Part shown: positions 1 to 9,701 of the stretch, in pieces
How the letters are laid out: each line of letters begins with the position of its first letter
Numbering within the stretch: position 1 is the first letter of the stretch
Origin: Oligoflexales bacterium
GTDB taxonomy: Bacteria > Bdellovibrionota_B > Oligoflexia > Oligoflexales > Bog-1112
Length of the DNA stretch: 64,000 bases
Assembly (NCBI GenBank): GCA_045106415.1
Contig: JBGCEP010000006.1
Span: forward strand, 8,687 to 72,686
Direction of reading: 5' to 3'
Notes under the pieces: model-generated
Database searches by the model: none
What the model was told of the DNA's origin: nothing
Seen by the model: the letters and a program-made list of their open reading frames with translations, nothing else
Position numbers and translations under genes: made by a program

Positions 1-710
1 AACCTTCTCGTTTATCTTTAGTGGCACCACCGGAGAGTTGTTTTCCCCGTTTTGATAATGATGATGCTGGTAAGTTAAGGCGTGATGATCCAACGATTCT
101 TCCTGAAATTATGCGTGAAGTGAATATCGGAGCCAGTGCAAAAGCAGATTTTTTTGCGCAGTTAGCTGCTGGGATGCCCTCTATTCGTGCAGGATTTCAT
201 AGCAAATCTATTAAAAAAATTCATTTAAGGTTTGAAGGAGCAAGAGTTGAGTATTTTGATAGTTTAAGGCTGACTGAGTTTTATCGAAATGGAATGACAG
301 ATTTATGTAAAGACTATCTAGAAAGAGTCGGATTTATGATCCAAGCTTTACGTGTTGAAAAGATGATTTTTACCTTTTATAAGAAAAAAACTGGGAAAGT
401 AAATCTAGATGTTGAAGGTATTGAAAGTTTTCTTGATATTGGGTCAAATGTTGATTGGAGAATTGAAGAAGGAAGCTCTTTAATCATTACAACACCCAAA
501 TATATTGGCTACCAGCTAGGGCGTTTAAGAAGAAAAGATAATGGATTTGTTTTCAAAAGATCTACACGAATAAAGAAAGATAAATTTGTATGGAAAAAAG
601 AACGAATTTTTAATCCAGGCTTTAAGACGTTTCAATCTTATTTCGACTACGAGCCTTCTGGTGAAGAAAGGTTTTATTTTCCGATAGAAGAAACTTTGAA
701 AATACGCTAA
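1..710 (+). CDS. Gasdermin-like (bacterial gasdermin fold) putative pore-forming protein, 5'-truncated by the window edge
   Basis: Frame is open to the window start (PSRLSLVAPPESCFP...). The segments SIKKIHLRFEGARVEYFD, FMIQALRVEKMIFTFYKK, VNLDVEGIE..IGSNVDW and TPKYIGYQLGRL match, from memory, the order and pattern of bacterial gasdermin core strands. A ~60 aa C-terminal tail follows. Confidence 0.55.
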   Translation, partial: PSRLSLVAPPESCFPRFDNDDAGKLRRDDPTILPEIMREVNIGASAKADFFAQLAAGMPSIRAGFHSKSIKKIHLRFEGARVEYFDSLRLTEFYRNGMTDLCKDYLERVGFMIQALRVEKMIFTFYKKKTGKVNLDVEGIESFLDIGSNVDWRIEEGSSLIITTPKYIGYQLGRLRRKDNGFVFKRSTRIKKDKFVWKKERIFNPGFKTFQSYFDYEPSGEERFYFPIEETLKIR

Positions 711-718
711 GCCTATTG

Positions 719-2113
719 CTAAGTGAGAGTGTTTTTTGTAGAAAAACGCTCTAACTTTAATTTAGTGCTTGTCGTAATTTGAGAATCAGCCTTAAGCTCT
801 AAAATAAGAGATTTATAAATTGAACTTTTTATAAGATTTAAGCGTTTTAAGCTTAAAGCAGAGTGGGCTATTTTTAAAGCATAGAATGGGTATTCTGGTA
901 TTTTTTTATAATTCAGAATGTAAGATATTAAAGGTATTGAGCTATATGTTGGTATTTCTCCATGAGGAGTCCACATTAAAATAGCATTTGCAATAGTTGG
1001 AGTGATAGGAGGACGAGTTCTTCGGAGATGTTCTTGAAGAGCTGTGTAAGCGGATTTCTGCCCGTCATCGTTCTTGCTGTAAATTCGTGAAAGCATAGAG
1101 ATCCAGCTGTGTACTGAGAGCCCATGGAAAGACTCTGTTTGAGTCATGATTTTTTTGATAACTATAGTCCAGCGTTGTGCTTCTTTTGGGGTGGGGCAGT
1201 GTGTGATGAATTTTTTTGATCGTGTACAGTCAATCCAATGAGAAGCTGTTTGACATGCTGCTGTCGAGGTTTTAAAAATATCGACATCTCGAGTCGTTGT
1301 ATTGACTTCTTCACATTTGGTGAGGAGCTTGGTGAAATAGTCTTCTTTGTTTAGTAGGTTGGGCTTGGTAGCTGCATTTCGGTATAGAGAGTCTTTTTGT
1401 AGGGCCTCTTCAAATGTTGTTGTTTTGAAAATAGAATGAAATTGATCAAGACCAATGTTGTTATCAATAAAATTTGCGATTTGTATAGATGATGTGGAAT
1501 AACTCCACGACTCAATGTGCTGTTTGTTTTTACCATTGTGTTGTTTGATCGATGAGTGATGAATACCTAAAAGGTGACCATTTGCATTTAAAATCGCAGA
1601 TCCACTACTTCCTGGTAAGGTTGCTGCGTGAATAAGCATGTTCTTATTTTCATAATTAACAAATCTACCAGTAGACCACTTTAAGTGACTAGCTCGAGGG
1701 TAGCCAAGAAAGTGGATGTCGGCATTTGTAGCTATTTCGTCTTTTGACAGAAGTATATAATTTTTTAGAAAAGGTTTCCTTATTTGGAAAATTGCGATGT
1801 CGGCATCTTTACTTAGAGCCCTTGGTTTGAGAAATACCTTTTTTTGTGAATGAGAGTTTTGATTAGTGTAAATAACTCGGCCGTAACAACCTTCTTGAGC
1901 ACAGTGCTTATTGCCATATACGTGGTGATTTGTAATAAGATAAAATTTTTTTTTATGTTTAATAACAACAGAAGTTCCTGTGCCAAGACGAAAAACTGCT
2001 GTGCTTTTATTTGAAATTTTTTTAGGAGCTTCTGAAGTTAAATAGAATTGAGATGCATAAGTAGACATAGAAATTGTCATCAATATCATAAATGAGATGA
2101 ATATATTCAGCAT
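719..2113 (-). CDS. Secreted trypsin-like (S1/Trypsin_2) serine protease with a helical C-terminal domain
   Basis: Signal peptide; catalytic triad motifs ITNHHV, DADIAI and LPGSSGS; GIHH. Confidence 0.85.
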   Translation of the reverse strand: MLNIFISFMILMTISMSTYASQFYLTSEAPKKISNKSTAVFRLGTGTSVVIKHKKKFYLITNHHVYGNKHCAQEGCYGRVIYTNQNSHSQKKVFLKPRALSKDADIAIFQIRKPFLKNYILLSKDEIATNADIHFLGYPRASHLKWSTGRFVNYENKNMLIHAATLPGSSGSAILNANGHLLGIHHSSIKQHNGKNKQHIESWSYSTSSIQIANFIDNNIGLDQFHSIFKTTTFEEALQKDSLYRNAATKPNLLNKEDYFTKLLTKCEEVNTTTRDVDIFKTSTAACQTASHWIDCTRSKKFITHCPTPKEAQRWTIVIKKIMTQTESFHGLSVHSWISMLSRIYSKNDDGQKSAYTALQEHLRRTRPPITPTIANAILMWTPHGEIPTYSSIPLISYILNYKKIPEYPFYALKIAHSALSLKRLNLIKSSIYKSLILELKADSQITTSTKLKLERFSTKNTLT

Positions 2114-2215
2114 AAGGAAGCCTATAGTGCTAGTGCAAAATTAACGATGAGCATAGCGCTAGAACTGCTATTGCACAATATGAATTGTGCAATAATGCAA
2201 AGATAAGGGAATTTA

Positions 2216-2482
2216 TTATTTTTCTTGAAGAAAGCGTAAGTCGGCCCACCCGCTTGGGAAGATAGGTAGCCACCATTGATTACGAATAGGCTCTGGCCGT
2301 CGCGATAAAATTGTTCCTTTAGGAACAAATTTTATACTGGCCCCTGCAGAGCTAGGATAAGAGCGGATATGAGTCGCGCTAATAAGAACTTTATAATATT
2401 TACTTTCCTTATTTATTGTGGGGCGAGCATGAAGAGAGCTAGTGAAAAGCGTAGTGCTTAGTAGGACCCATTTGATGAACAA
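2216..2482 (-). CDS. Small secreted SH3-like domain protein
   Basis: Signal peptide; HIRSYPS...VPKGTIL...WW...GW pattern of bacterial SH3 domains; AGGAGG RBS upstream. Confidence 0.6.
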   Translation of the reverse strand: MFIKWVLLSTTLFTSSLHARPTINKESKYYKVLISATHIRSYPSSAGASIKFVPKGTILSRRPEPIRNQWWLPIFPSGWADLRFLQEK

Positions 2483-2513
2483 TGAAATTCCTCCTTCTGG
2501 TTTTATAAAATCC

Positions 2514-2541
2514 GTATCGAAATATTGAAATAAAGTCTTTA
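2514..2541 (-). promoter_or_regulatory. sigma28 (FliA)-like promoter
   Basis: TAAAGACT-N12-TTCGATAC upstream of the SH3 gene. Confidence 0.5.
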
Positions 2542-2619
2542 GAGGAGGTCAGAAAGTTATTTTTATGCTGAAAGCTGCACTGAGTAATATCTTGATATTA
2601 AAGTTAAAATAGGAGTCGT

Positions 2620-2647
2620 TTAAGTTTTTTATTTTTTCTGTCGATGA
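2620..2647 (+). promoter_or_regulatory. sigma28 (FliA)-like promoter
   Basis: TTAAGTTT-N12-GTCGATGA. Confidence 0.5.
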
Positions 2648-2672
2648 GGCTAATGTGAGTAGAGAGGTCAAT

Positions 2673-3128
2673 ATGATCCATCGATATTTTATATTATTTT
2701 TGATTTTTTCATTCCCGTTACCGGTTGCTTTTGGTGTTGTTTTTAATGCCCTACCCTCAACGTCTAGAATATTACGTTTGGAAAGTGTTGAGAAAACAAC
2801 CTTGCAATGGGTGACACTTGGGCATCAAAAAGAAATTATACTAACGACAACAGGTGAAAATCCCAATGGTATAGCAGTCTATGTTAGGCTTAAGTATCCT
2901 GATACTCCATATTGGAACCATTTTTTGAAAGAATGTCAAAGGAGTATGGAAAACCTTGTTGGTAAAAACTTTATTGATATTGGTCCAGTAAAATATCAAG
3001 GTCAAACCCTTACAAGACAAAATTTTAATACACACACGGTTGATCTGTGGAGACCTTGGTATGAAAATACGAAAAATATATTATTGAGTGCTCAGTTGAA
3101 TCCATCGTGTCATATCCAAGCTCATTAA
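2673..3128 (+). CDS. Hypothetical secreted protein
   Basis: ORF with GAGG RBS before ATG 2673 and a signal-peptide-like N-terminus. Confidence 0.65.
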   Translation: MIHRYFILFLIFSFPLPVAFGVVFNALPSTSRILRLESVEKTTLQWVTLGHQKEIILTTTGENPNGIAVYVRLKYPDTPYWNHFLKECQRSMENLVGKNFIDIGPVKYQGQTLTRQNFNTHTVDLWRPWYENTKNILLSAQLNPSCHIQAH

Positions 3129-3287
3129 AAAAGTAACTTTTATTTTACTGTAACTTTTCTCCTAGCCTTTTTTTTCTAACCTAAATGCTATTGTTATCAA
3201 TGACTTACTCTCCGATTCGCTATAGATAAAGAGCAACACTGACGATGAACTTATAGAGATCATACATGATGCACTCGTGGAGTTTTT

Positions 3288-6200
3288 GTGAGTAGGGTTC
3301 ATTTGAAATATTTGGTTTGTCAAATTCTTTGTCTTTGTATTTGGCCTGCCTCCATTATTCTGGGTCAGTCGAAAGGGCGAGTTGAGTCTCTATTAGCTGT
3401 TTCAGACTTTTCAGAAGCCGGGCTATTAGAAGTGTTGGGATATTTAGATGATGTAGAAAATGGTTCGTTAGAAAAACCCTATAGTGATCTTATTCAAAGT
3501 TATAAGGAAGATCTAAAAAAAGAGAATAAGAATACAAAAAAAATCTCATTGCTATTAAAAAAAGCTGCTGCTGAGCAGGCTCACGGGTTTGACGCATGGC
3601 AAAAGAAACTGGAGTCATATCAGCAAAAAATCGACTCTTGGCGTGGGTTTCAATCGAGAGAAATTCCTCAGGCCCCGTCATTGTATGATTTGATAAATCT
3701 TTTAAAAAAATCTGAACGCAGTTATCAAAAAATATTGCAAGAGAAATCATTAAGAGGGCATGTTAATACCAAATGGAAAATCGGTTTTTTAAAATCAGTT
3801 TACTCTCTAAAAGAGTCTAAAAAAATTCTTTTGAAAAGCTTTGAAATAAGTCGAGGAAGGCTAAAATCTAAAATAGCACTGGTTTTAGCTGAGATTTACT
3901 ACAAGGAAGGGAATAAAGCGAAAGCTAAACAAACCTGGAGATTTATTCTTTCTGGAAAATCAGGACAAGCGTCAAAAGCGGTGAAATCATATGCTTCATA
4001 TCGGATGAGCTGGATGCTTGCCCTAGAAGGCAAAAAAAGAAGTGCGATAAGGCAGATGACCCGCCTTTTGAAGTCTCTTAAAAAGAAAAATAGTTCTTTT
4101 TTAAGAAAAGAAATAGCAAAAGATCTTGTGAAATTATCAGCAGATGCAAATTCGTTAAATTTAGTTTCCAGATTTAAAAAGTCGGAAGGATTTTCGAAAA
4201 ATCATTATGAGCTTGCTTTGGAGAGGCGATCCTGGATTTTGTTAAATCAAAAAAAATATAGTTCAGCATTTAAAATACTCGATGATTTGCAAAAGAATAA
4301 TCCTTCACATATTTATTCTTTATTGAATCAGTTTCAAATTTTAAAGTTAAGTTATAGTACAAATAATTATCAATATATCCCTAGATTTCTGAAAATATTC
4401 AGCCAAAATTTAGATGTTAAAAATATTTCAGATTTAGAAGAGAAGGGAATTAAAAAATCTTTTTTAAATAAATCGTTGAAGACTTGGGTTTCTATTGTTG
4501 CTAAAAATTTATATAAAAAAAGTTCTTCAGATAAAAAAATACTTCCTATTTCAGCTTATACGCTGCAATTTTATATTCTTAGACATCCGAAAGATCGTAG
4601 TACTTCAATTTTTAAGTTCTATGCAGCTAAAAACTTAGAGTTATTGGGTCAAACCGAGAGTGCAATTGAATATTATTATTCAACTGCACTCTCTGGACCA
4701 AAAGAATTTATCAGGGAATCTTCTGATAAAATGATGTTGCTTCAAAGTAACCTTGTACGTAAGTATCTTGTGATGCAGCCTTATTTTTCACAAAAAAAAT
4801 TTGGAATACCTAAGGAGTTAAGGCGTTATATTGACCTGGGTGATTCTTATATGAAAATAAGATCTGTGAGCCCCCGGCATACTCAAATAAGATTTGAAAT
4901 AGCGAAAATATTTTCTAGATTTGGACATCATGTAAAAGCAAGGCAGAGGTATATGACTGTTGTGAACGGTCAACCCTCGTCAAAAGAAGCGAGAGCTTCA
5001 GTGACAGTTGTCCTGGATTTCTTATCGACATCTCGCCAATGGAGAGGTTTAGTGAGATGGAGTGAGGTGTACTTGCGATATGCTGTTGCTCTAGGTGGAC
5101 TTCTTCAAAAATTTATGACTGACCATTTGACAGTAGGTATGTGGCAAATAGCAGAAGAATACTTGAAAAAAAGACAGTATTTAGATGCAGCAAGAGCTTT
5201 TGAGAGTTTTCAGAGACGTCTTCCTAGGTCTAAACAAGCAGATTTAGCTTTAAATAAAGCCTCTCTTTTATATTTAAGTTTAGGAAAAGCCTCTCAAGGT
5301 ATGAGTGTTGCTGAGCGTCTATTTCAAGTATATCCAGGTTCTAAATACCGAGGAAACTTAATGTTCCATGTTGCTGAAGCAGCAAGCGGAGTAGGTTTAT
5401 ATGAACGTGCAGCTATTTATTATGAATCTTTCGTGGTGACTCTGCCTAAAGATTCCAGAGCTGCAGTTGCTTTATATCGAGCTGCGTCGCTTTATGGAGG
5501 GCGAGGAAACTTAGATCGTAGAGCTCTTCTCTTAGAAAAATTAGCACAAATATACCCTTCGTCACCTCTTTCTTTAAATGCTTTATTGGAATCTGCCCGT
5601 TTAAGGTTGAACTTAGGGCAATTTGCTTTAGCCCAGAAGTTATTCAAGTTGTATATCCAAGATCCTCAGGCTGATTTAGATCATAAAATTTATGCACATG
5701 CTCAGGTTGGTCTTATTGCGAAAAAATTTCAAAGGTCAACAAAAGATTTTCAACAAATTGAAAGTTTTCTTAGGTTAAAACCTATTACAACTGGTAAATC
5801 TGGGAGAAAAGTTTTAGCTGACTATCGCTACAATCAAATTGTACCATTTACAAAAGAATTTTCTACGTTGAAGATTAATTATTATGATTTTGATATTTAT
5901 CAAAAATCATCAAAATCTTATTTTGATGCTTTGAAAAGAATAGAGGCGTCATATGCTGCTGCTATTCAAATATCAGACCCTTCGAGTGCTGTGAGAGGTT
6001 GGTATCTTATGGCAAAAATTTATGAAGAAAGTTTGAAGCCTTTTCAAGAATCGTGGGATATGTCTGGTCTTCTTCCTGCTGAGGTGCGAAGAATTGAGCA
6101 AGCTAAAAATAATATTATAAAAAATCTAAAGTCAAAAGTTTTGATGAGTTATCAGAATTCCTGGGGAATATCTCTAAAATATCGTGTTTTTAGTAATGAA

Positions 6201-6311
6201 AGGCAAGAGTCTTTTGTCAGATTGACAAAACTACAACCAGGCCGTTATAGAAACGTTCATGAAGAGACTCTGTTGCCTGTTGCTGATTCATTTATGCTTT
6301 CTGGAGGATAG
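3288..6311 (+). CDS. Large secreted TPR protein, GltD/AgmU-like (gliding-motility family)
   Basis: 1007 aa, signal peptide, many TPR units (e.g. RFEIAKIFSRFGH...PSSKEARASVTVVLD...QW) resembling myxobacterial AgmU/GltD. Confidence 0.65.
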   Translation: MSRVHLKYLVCQILCLCIWPASIILGQSKGRVESLLAVSDFSEAGLLEVLGYLDDVENGSLEKPYSDLIQSYKEDLKKENKNTKKISLLLKKAAAEQAHGFDAWQKKLESYQQKIDSWRGFQSREIPQAPSLYDLINLLKKSERSYQKILQEKSLRGHVNTKWKIGFLKSVYSLKESKKILLKSFEISRGRLKSKIALVLAEIYYKEGNKAKAKQTWRFILSGKSGQASKAVKSYASYRMSWMLALEGKKRSAIRQMTRLLKSLKKKNSSFLRKEIAKDLVKLSADANSLNLVSRFKKSEGFSKNHYELALERRSWILLNQKKYSSAFKILDDLQKNNPSHIYSLLNQFQILKLSYSTNNYQYIPRFLKIFSQNLDVKNISDLEEKGIKKSFLNKSLKTWVSIVAKNLYKKSSSDKKILPISAYTLQFYILRHPKDRSTSIFKFYAAKNLELLGQTESAIEYYYSTALSGPKEFIRESSDKMMLLQSNLVRKYLVMQPYFSQKKFGIPKELRRYIDLGDSYMKIRSVSPRHTQIRFEIAKIFSRFGHHVKARQRYMTVVNGQPSSKEARASVTVVLDFLSTSRQWRGLVRWSEVYLRYAVALGGLLQKFMTDHLTVGMWQIAEEYLKKRQYLDAARAFESFQRRLPRSKQADLALNKASLLYLSLGKASQGMSVAERLFQVYPGSKYRGNLMFHVAEAASGVGLYERAAIYYESFVVTLPKDSRAAVALYRAASLYGGRGNLDRRALLLEKLAQIYPSSPLSLNALLESARLRLNLGQFALAQKLFKLYIQDPQADLDHKIYAHAQVGLIAKKFQRSTKDFQQIESFLRLKPITTGKSGRKVLADYRYNQIVPFTKEFSTLKINYYDFDIYQKSSKSYFDALKRIEASYAAAIQISDPSSAVRGWYLMAKIYEESLKPFQESWDMSGLLPAEVRRIEQAKNNIIKNLKSKVLMSYQNSWGISLKYRVFSNERQESFVRLTKLQPGRYRNVHEETLLPVADSFMLSGG

Positions 6312-6324
6312 AGAATTGTCTTTG

Positions 6325-7338
6325 ATGCGCATATTAATTTTTATCATATTTAGTGGCTGTCAGTCAGACCCAGGTCTTTTTTATCATGAAACAGGGGATT
6401 CTTATATTGTTTATAGTGGTGGTGACCTACGGTCGACATTGACTTATATTCAAAATCAACACATTAAAGATCAAGTTAAAACCCACCTTCAAAAAATAAA
6501 GAAAAATCCATGGTCTATAAATGATTATAATCAATTGGCGTATTTATATTTATCCTCAGGGCAAATTAATCAAGCGCATAAAATTGTTGAAAAAGCATTG
6601 AAAATTGATTTTAGATCAAGGAGATCACGTATACTGAAAGCAGCTGTTGCATATCGAAAAAATAGAGATATGGAGGCCAAGATGCTTTTAGAGCTACTTG
6701 GAGGTGAAAGAGCTCCTGAGGCAGAAGTCTCTTTTTATCTTTCTAGTATCGCATTAAGAAAAGGGGACACAGAGGAAAGTCGAAGACTTTTGCAAATCGC
6801 AATTAGGAAAAACCCCAAATTTGTTGCCGCATACATGAATTTAGGGTTGTTTTATTTGAAAAATTATCAGGCAGACCTTGCGCGTTCAAATTTTAAGAAG
6901 GTTTTGAGACTGATACCAAATCATGATGATGCACGACTGCACCTTGCTATTTTAGATGCAATGTCTAAGCGGTATCAAAAAGCGCGTGATGTCTACGATG
7001 ATCTTCATTCGAAATATCCAAATAATGGTATGATTATATTAAATCGTGGAGTTTTAAGTTTAAAGCAAAACCAGATTTCAGATGCTTATGATGATCTTCT
7101 TTATTACCTAGACTCTATCCCTGAATATCAAAAATCTCGACATTCTGCGCAAACTTTGTGGTCAGGGATTCAATCGATGAATAAAAGAAAAAAAAGTATA
7201 AGTTATACTGAAGAGATTAAAATAAATGAAAAAATCAATAACCTTAGATCATCTTTTCGAAATGTTGACTTAGATGTTGTAGAAACAGTATCTGGTTTTG
7301 TGTTTACCCCGAAAGGGGCAAAACCTATTGGTATTTAA
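6325..7338 (+). CDS. TPR lipoprotein, GltE/AglT-like
   Basis: Likely start MRILIFIIFSGC (lipobox); TPR repeats (NPKFVAAYMNLGLFY, PNHDDARLHLA). Confidence 0.65.
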   Translation: MRILIFIIFSGCQSDPGLFYHETGDSYIVYSGGDLRSTLTYIQNQHIKDQVKTHLQKIKKNPWSINDYNQLAYLYLSSGQINQAHKIVEKALKIDFRSRRSRILKAAVAYRKNRDMEAKMLLELLGGERAPEAEVSFYLSSIALRKGDTEESRRLLQIAIRKNPKFVAAYMNLGLFYLKNYQADLARSNFKKVLRLIPNHDDARLHLAILDAMSKRYQKARDVYDDLHSKYPNNGMIILNRGVLSLKQNQISDAYDDLLYYLDSIPEYQKSRHSAQTLWSGIQSMNKRKKSISYTEEIKINEKINNLRSSFRNVDLDVVETVSGFVFTPKGAKPIGI

Positions 7339-7353
7339 AACAGGAGGATTCAA

Positions 7354-8289
7354 ATGTCTGTCGTTAGAAAATCACAAATTGTGAGCTTAATTGTTACCAA
7401 AGATCGAGAGTTTAAAACAAGAGCTGTGAACTTTTTTAATGGTGTGGCTTTCCACGCGGAAAAACTATCCTCTGAAGATTTAGAAACGGCTCAGCTTCAA
7501 GTCATGGGTAGGAAAGAAATTATGAACCTTGTGATTGATGCAAGGTCAACAGAGCTAAAGCCAGAAGACTTATTTAAAGAATGTGTTGCTTTAGGAAAGA
7601 AAAAACCTGGCCTTATGATGCTTGTATATTTTCCAGAAGAGTCTTGTGAGAAAATGTCTTTTTTAGAAAAATCTCCTGATTATCTTTTGTTTAGAGATCT
7701 TCCTTTTGACAAAGTTCATTATAATGACTGTTTCCACGGTCGAGGGAAAGGTGGAGGGGGTTTTAATAATTTTATGGGAGCTCATCAACCTTTAGACGCG
7801 ATGGCCAAAAAAGTTGAAGAAAAAGAAGAAAGTAAGAAACCCAATATTATAGCTTTTGAAGCATCATCACATGTTCGAGATACAATTCAATTGTTGAACT
7901 CAATAAAAGAAAATTCAGAAGATCTTCAAAGTTTTTTTGATTTTGGACAGAGGTTCAATGGAATTACAGGTGCTTTTGCATATTTAGGTGACCGTCCAGG
8001 TTGGTCTCAAATTCGTGCGATGTCAGTTGTGATTGATGAAGTATGCTTAGCTTATACGAAACATCCTGAGTGGAAATCTCTTGATGAAAAGCATCTCAAT
8101 ATTATTAAAAGCGCAGCTAAAAATGTATATCTTATTTTAAAAACTTTACGAGAAATGACTCCTTTAAATGATGATGTTTTAAAGGATTGTCAGAAAATTC
8201 TAGAAGAAAGAAAAATAATGACTGAGATTCCTCAAAAAGAATCACAGACTCAAGATGAAGTTGATGCCCTCCTGTCAACGCTTACATAG
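7354..8289 (+). CDS. Signalling protein: degenerate receiver domain + Hpt-like bundle + CheZ/FliM-type C-terminal peptide
   Basis: REC-like strands (LIVTKD, LVIDA, DLPFD); Hpt-like helix FGQRFNGITGAFAYLG without the His; C-terminus QTQDEVDALL; AGGAGG RBS. Confidence 0.55.
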   Translation: MSVVRKSQIVSLIVTKDREFKTRAVNFFNGVAFHAEKLSSEDLETAQLQVMGRKEIMNLVIDARSTELKPEDLFKECVALGKKKPGLMMLVYFPEESCEKMSFLEKSPDYLLFRDLPFDKVHYNDCFHGRGKGGGGFNNFMGAHQPLDAMAKKVEEKEESKKPNIIAFEASSHVRDTIQLLNSIKENSEDLQSFFDFGQRFNGITGAFAYLGDRPGWSQIRAMSVVIDEVCLAYTKHPEWKSLDEKHLNIIKSAAKNVYLILKTLREMTPLNDDVLKDCQKILEERKIMTEIPQKESQTQDEVDALLSTLT

Positions 8290-9127
8290 ATTCATGTTGT
8301 ACTAATTTTTTAAATAGTTTTTTTTCTTGAAAAGACAGAGATGATATTAAAAAATTTAACGGCTTTTCCTTTTGTAGGATCGTAAAAAATTTTTTCTTAC
8401 CTAGGGATGTTGCGATGAAATCGAGTGTTTTGTATGATTTTTCATATTTCCAACGGCCTTTCCATTTATTTAAAGAAGTATGTTCAAAACTTTTATCTTG
8501 AATCATTTTTTTAAAACTTTTTATTTTTTTAGGATAAATCTTTTCAAGATATTGAATTGCTATCCACTCACTAAGTCCTTCAGAAAACCATTGAGGATGA
8601 TTTTGTTCAAGCCCATGTGATAATTCATGAATCAATGTCTTATGTGTTATGAAATTCCAAGGTTGTTTTTTAATTAAAATAAATTTATAGACAGGATTGT
8701 AGCTGCCTAGCTTTTCCAGTGAATTTACAATAAATACAGCATTTAGTGAGTAGTTTGGAAAATATTTTTTTATATAATGAGCGTATGATATTGTCTCTTC
8801 TCTAATTTTTTTCTCTATATTGTGATCAGAGCTATGATTAACAATTTTTATTGGAAGGCTCGAGCAGTGCCCTTCAGCAGAAGGAAACCATAACCTTTTT
8901 AATCTCTGATGGAATACAAACCATTGAGATTGAGAAGAGTGTTGCGTGGGCAGTTGATTGTGATGGAAGATTTTTTTTATAGTGATGTGAAAATGATTTT
9001 GATCTGGGAGAGGAAGATCATATGTTACGTAATGGAGTTGGCCTTTGTGGTTTTGTTCCCATGTTAGTAATGGACAGGCTGAGAGAATGGTTGATTGTAA
9101 AATTATGAAAATAAGTAATTTTTTCAT
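8282..9127 (-). CDS. Secreted zinc metallopeptidase (MA clan, gluzincin-like)
   Basis: Signal peptide; LIHELSH...PQWFSEGLSEW. Confidence 0.75.
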   Translation of the reverse strand: MKKLLIFIILQSTILSACPLLTWEQNHKGQLHYVTYDLPLPDQNHFHITIKKIFHHNQLPTQHSSQSQWFVFHQRLKRLWFPSAEGHCSSLPIKIVNHSSDHNIEKKIREETISYAHYIKKYFPNYSLNAVFIVNSLEKLGSYNPVYKFILIKKQPWNFITHKTLIHELSHGLEQNHPQWFSEGLSEWIAIQYLEKIYPKKIKSFKKMIQDKSFEHTSLNKWKGRWKYEKSYKTLDFIATSLGKKKFFTILQKEKPLNFLISSLSFQEKKLFKKLVQHESM

Positions 9128-9152
9128 GTAATTCCCGCAGAGGTTTATAGAA

Positions 9153-9701
9153 ATGGTGACGATAAAAAAAGACTTAAGGTTAAAGTATAAAACTTTAAGG
9201 GCACAGTGTTGCTCTTCTGGTTTTTATTTTAGTTCTTTACTTGAATATTTAAGTGCTATAAGTATAGATAGAGTATTTGGTTATGCTGGCCACAATGGGG
9301 AACCGGACCCTTTATCTGTTGATTGGGATCATCCGATGGCTATTCCTAAGGTAGGAAAAAATGGATCAATGGAATTTTTTTCAGTCAATCCAAAAGAAGC
9401 ATTAAGTTGTGGTCACTTTGGAATTAGAGAGCCATCCCATTGTGCCCAATTGGTAGTGCCAACAGCACAGTCTGTTGTTCTTGTTCCGTGTGTTGCTGTT
9501 GATCAGAAGGGAACTCGTCTTGGGATGGGTGGAGGTTATTATGATCGTTATTTGTCTCAATATCGAGCGTTAAAAATTGGTATCGTTTACCCAGAGCAGG
9601 TGAGTGTAGAATGTCTTCCCAGAGAAGAGCATGATGTTCTTTTAGATGGATATTATGATGGAAGTATAATTTTTTGGTTTAAACGGGATGAGGAAGTTTG
9701 A
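9153..9701 (+). CDS. ygfA: 5-formyltetrahydrofolate cyclo-ligase
   Basis: FGIREP, VPCVAVD..GTRLGMGGGYYDRYL, LPREEHDV. Confidence 0.93.
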   Translation: MVTIKKDLRLKYKTLRAQCCSSGFYFSSLLEYLSAISIDRVFGYAGHNGEPDPLSVDWDHPMAIPKVGKNGSMEFFSVNPKEALSCGHFGIREPSHCAQLVVPTAQSVVLVPCVAVDQKGTRLGMGGGYYDRYLSQYRALKIGIVYPEQVSVECLPREEHDVLLDGYYDGSIIFWFKRDEEV

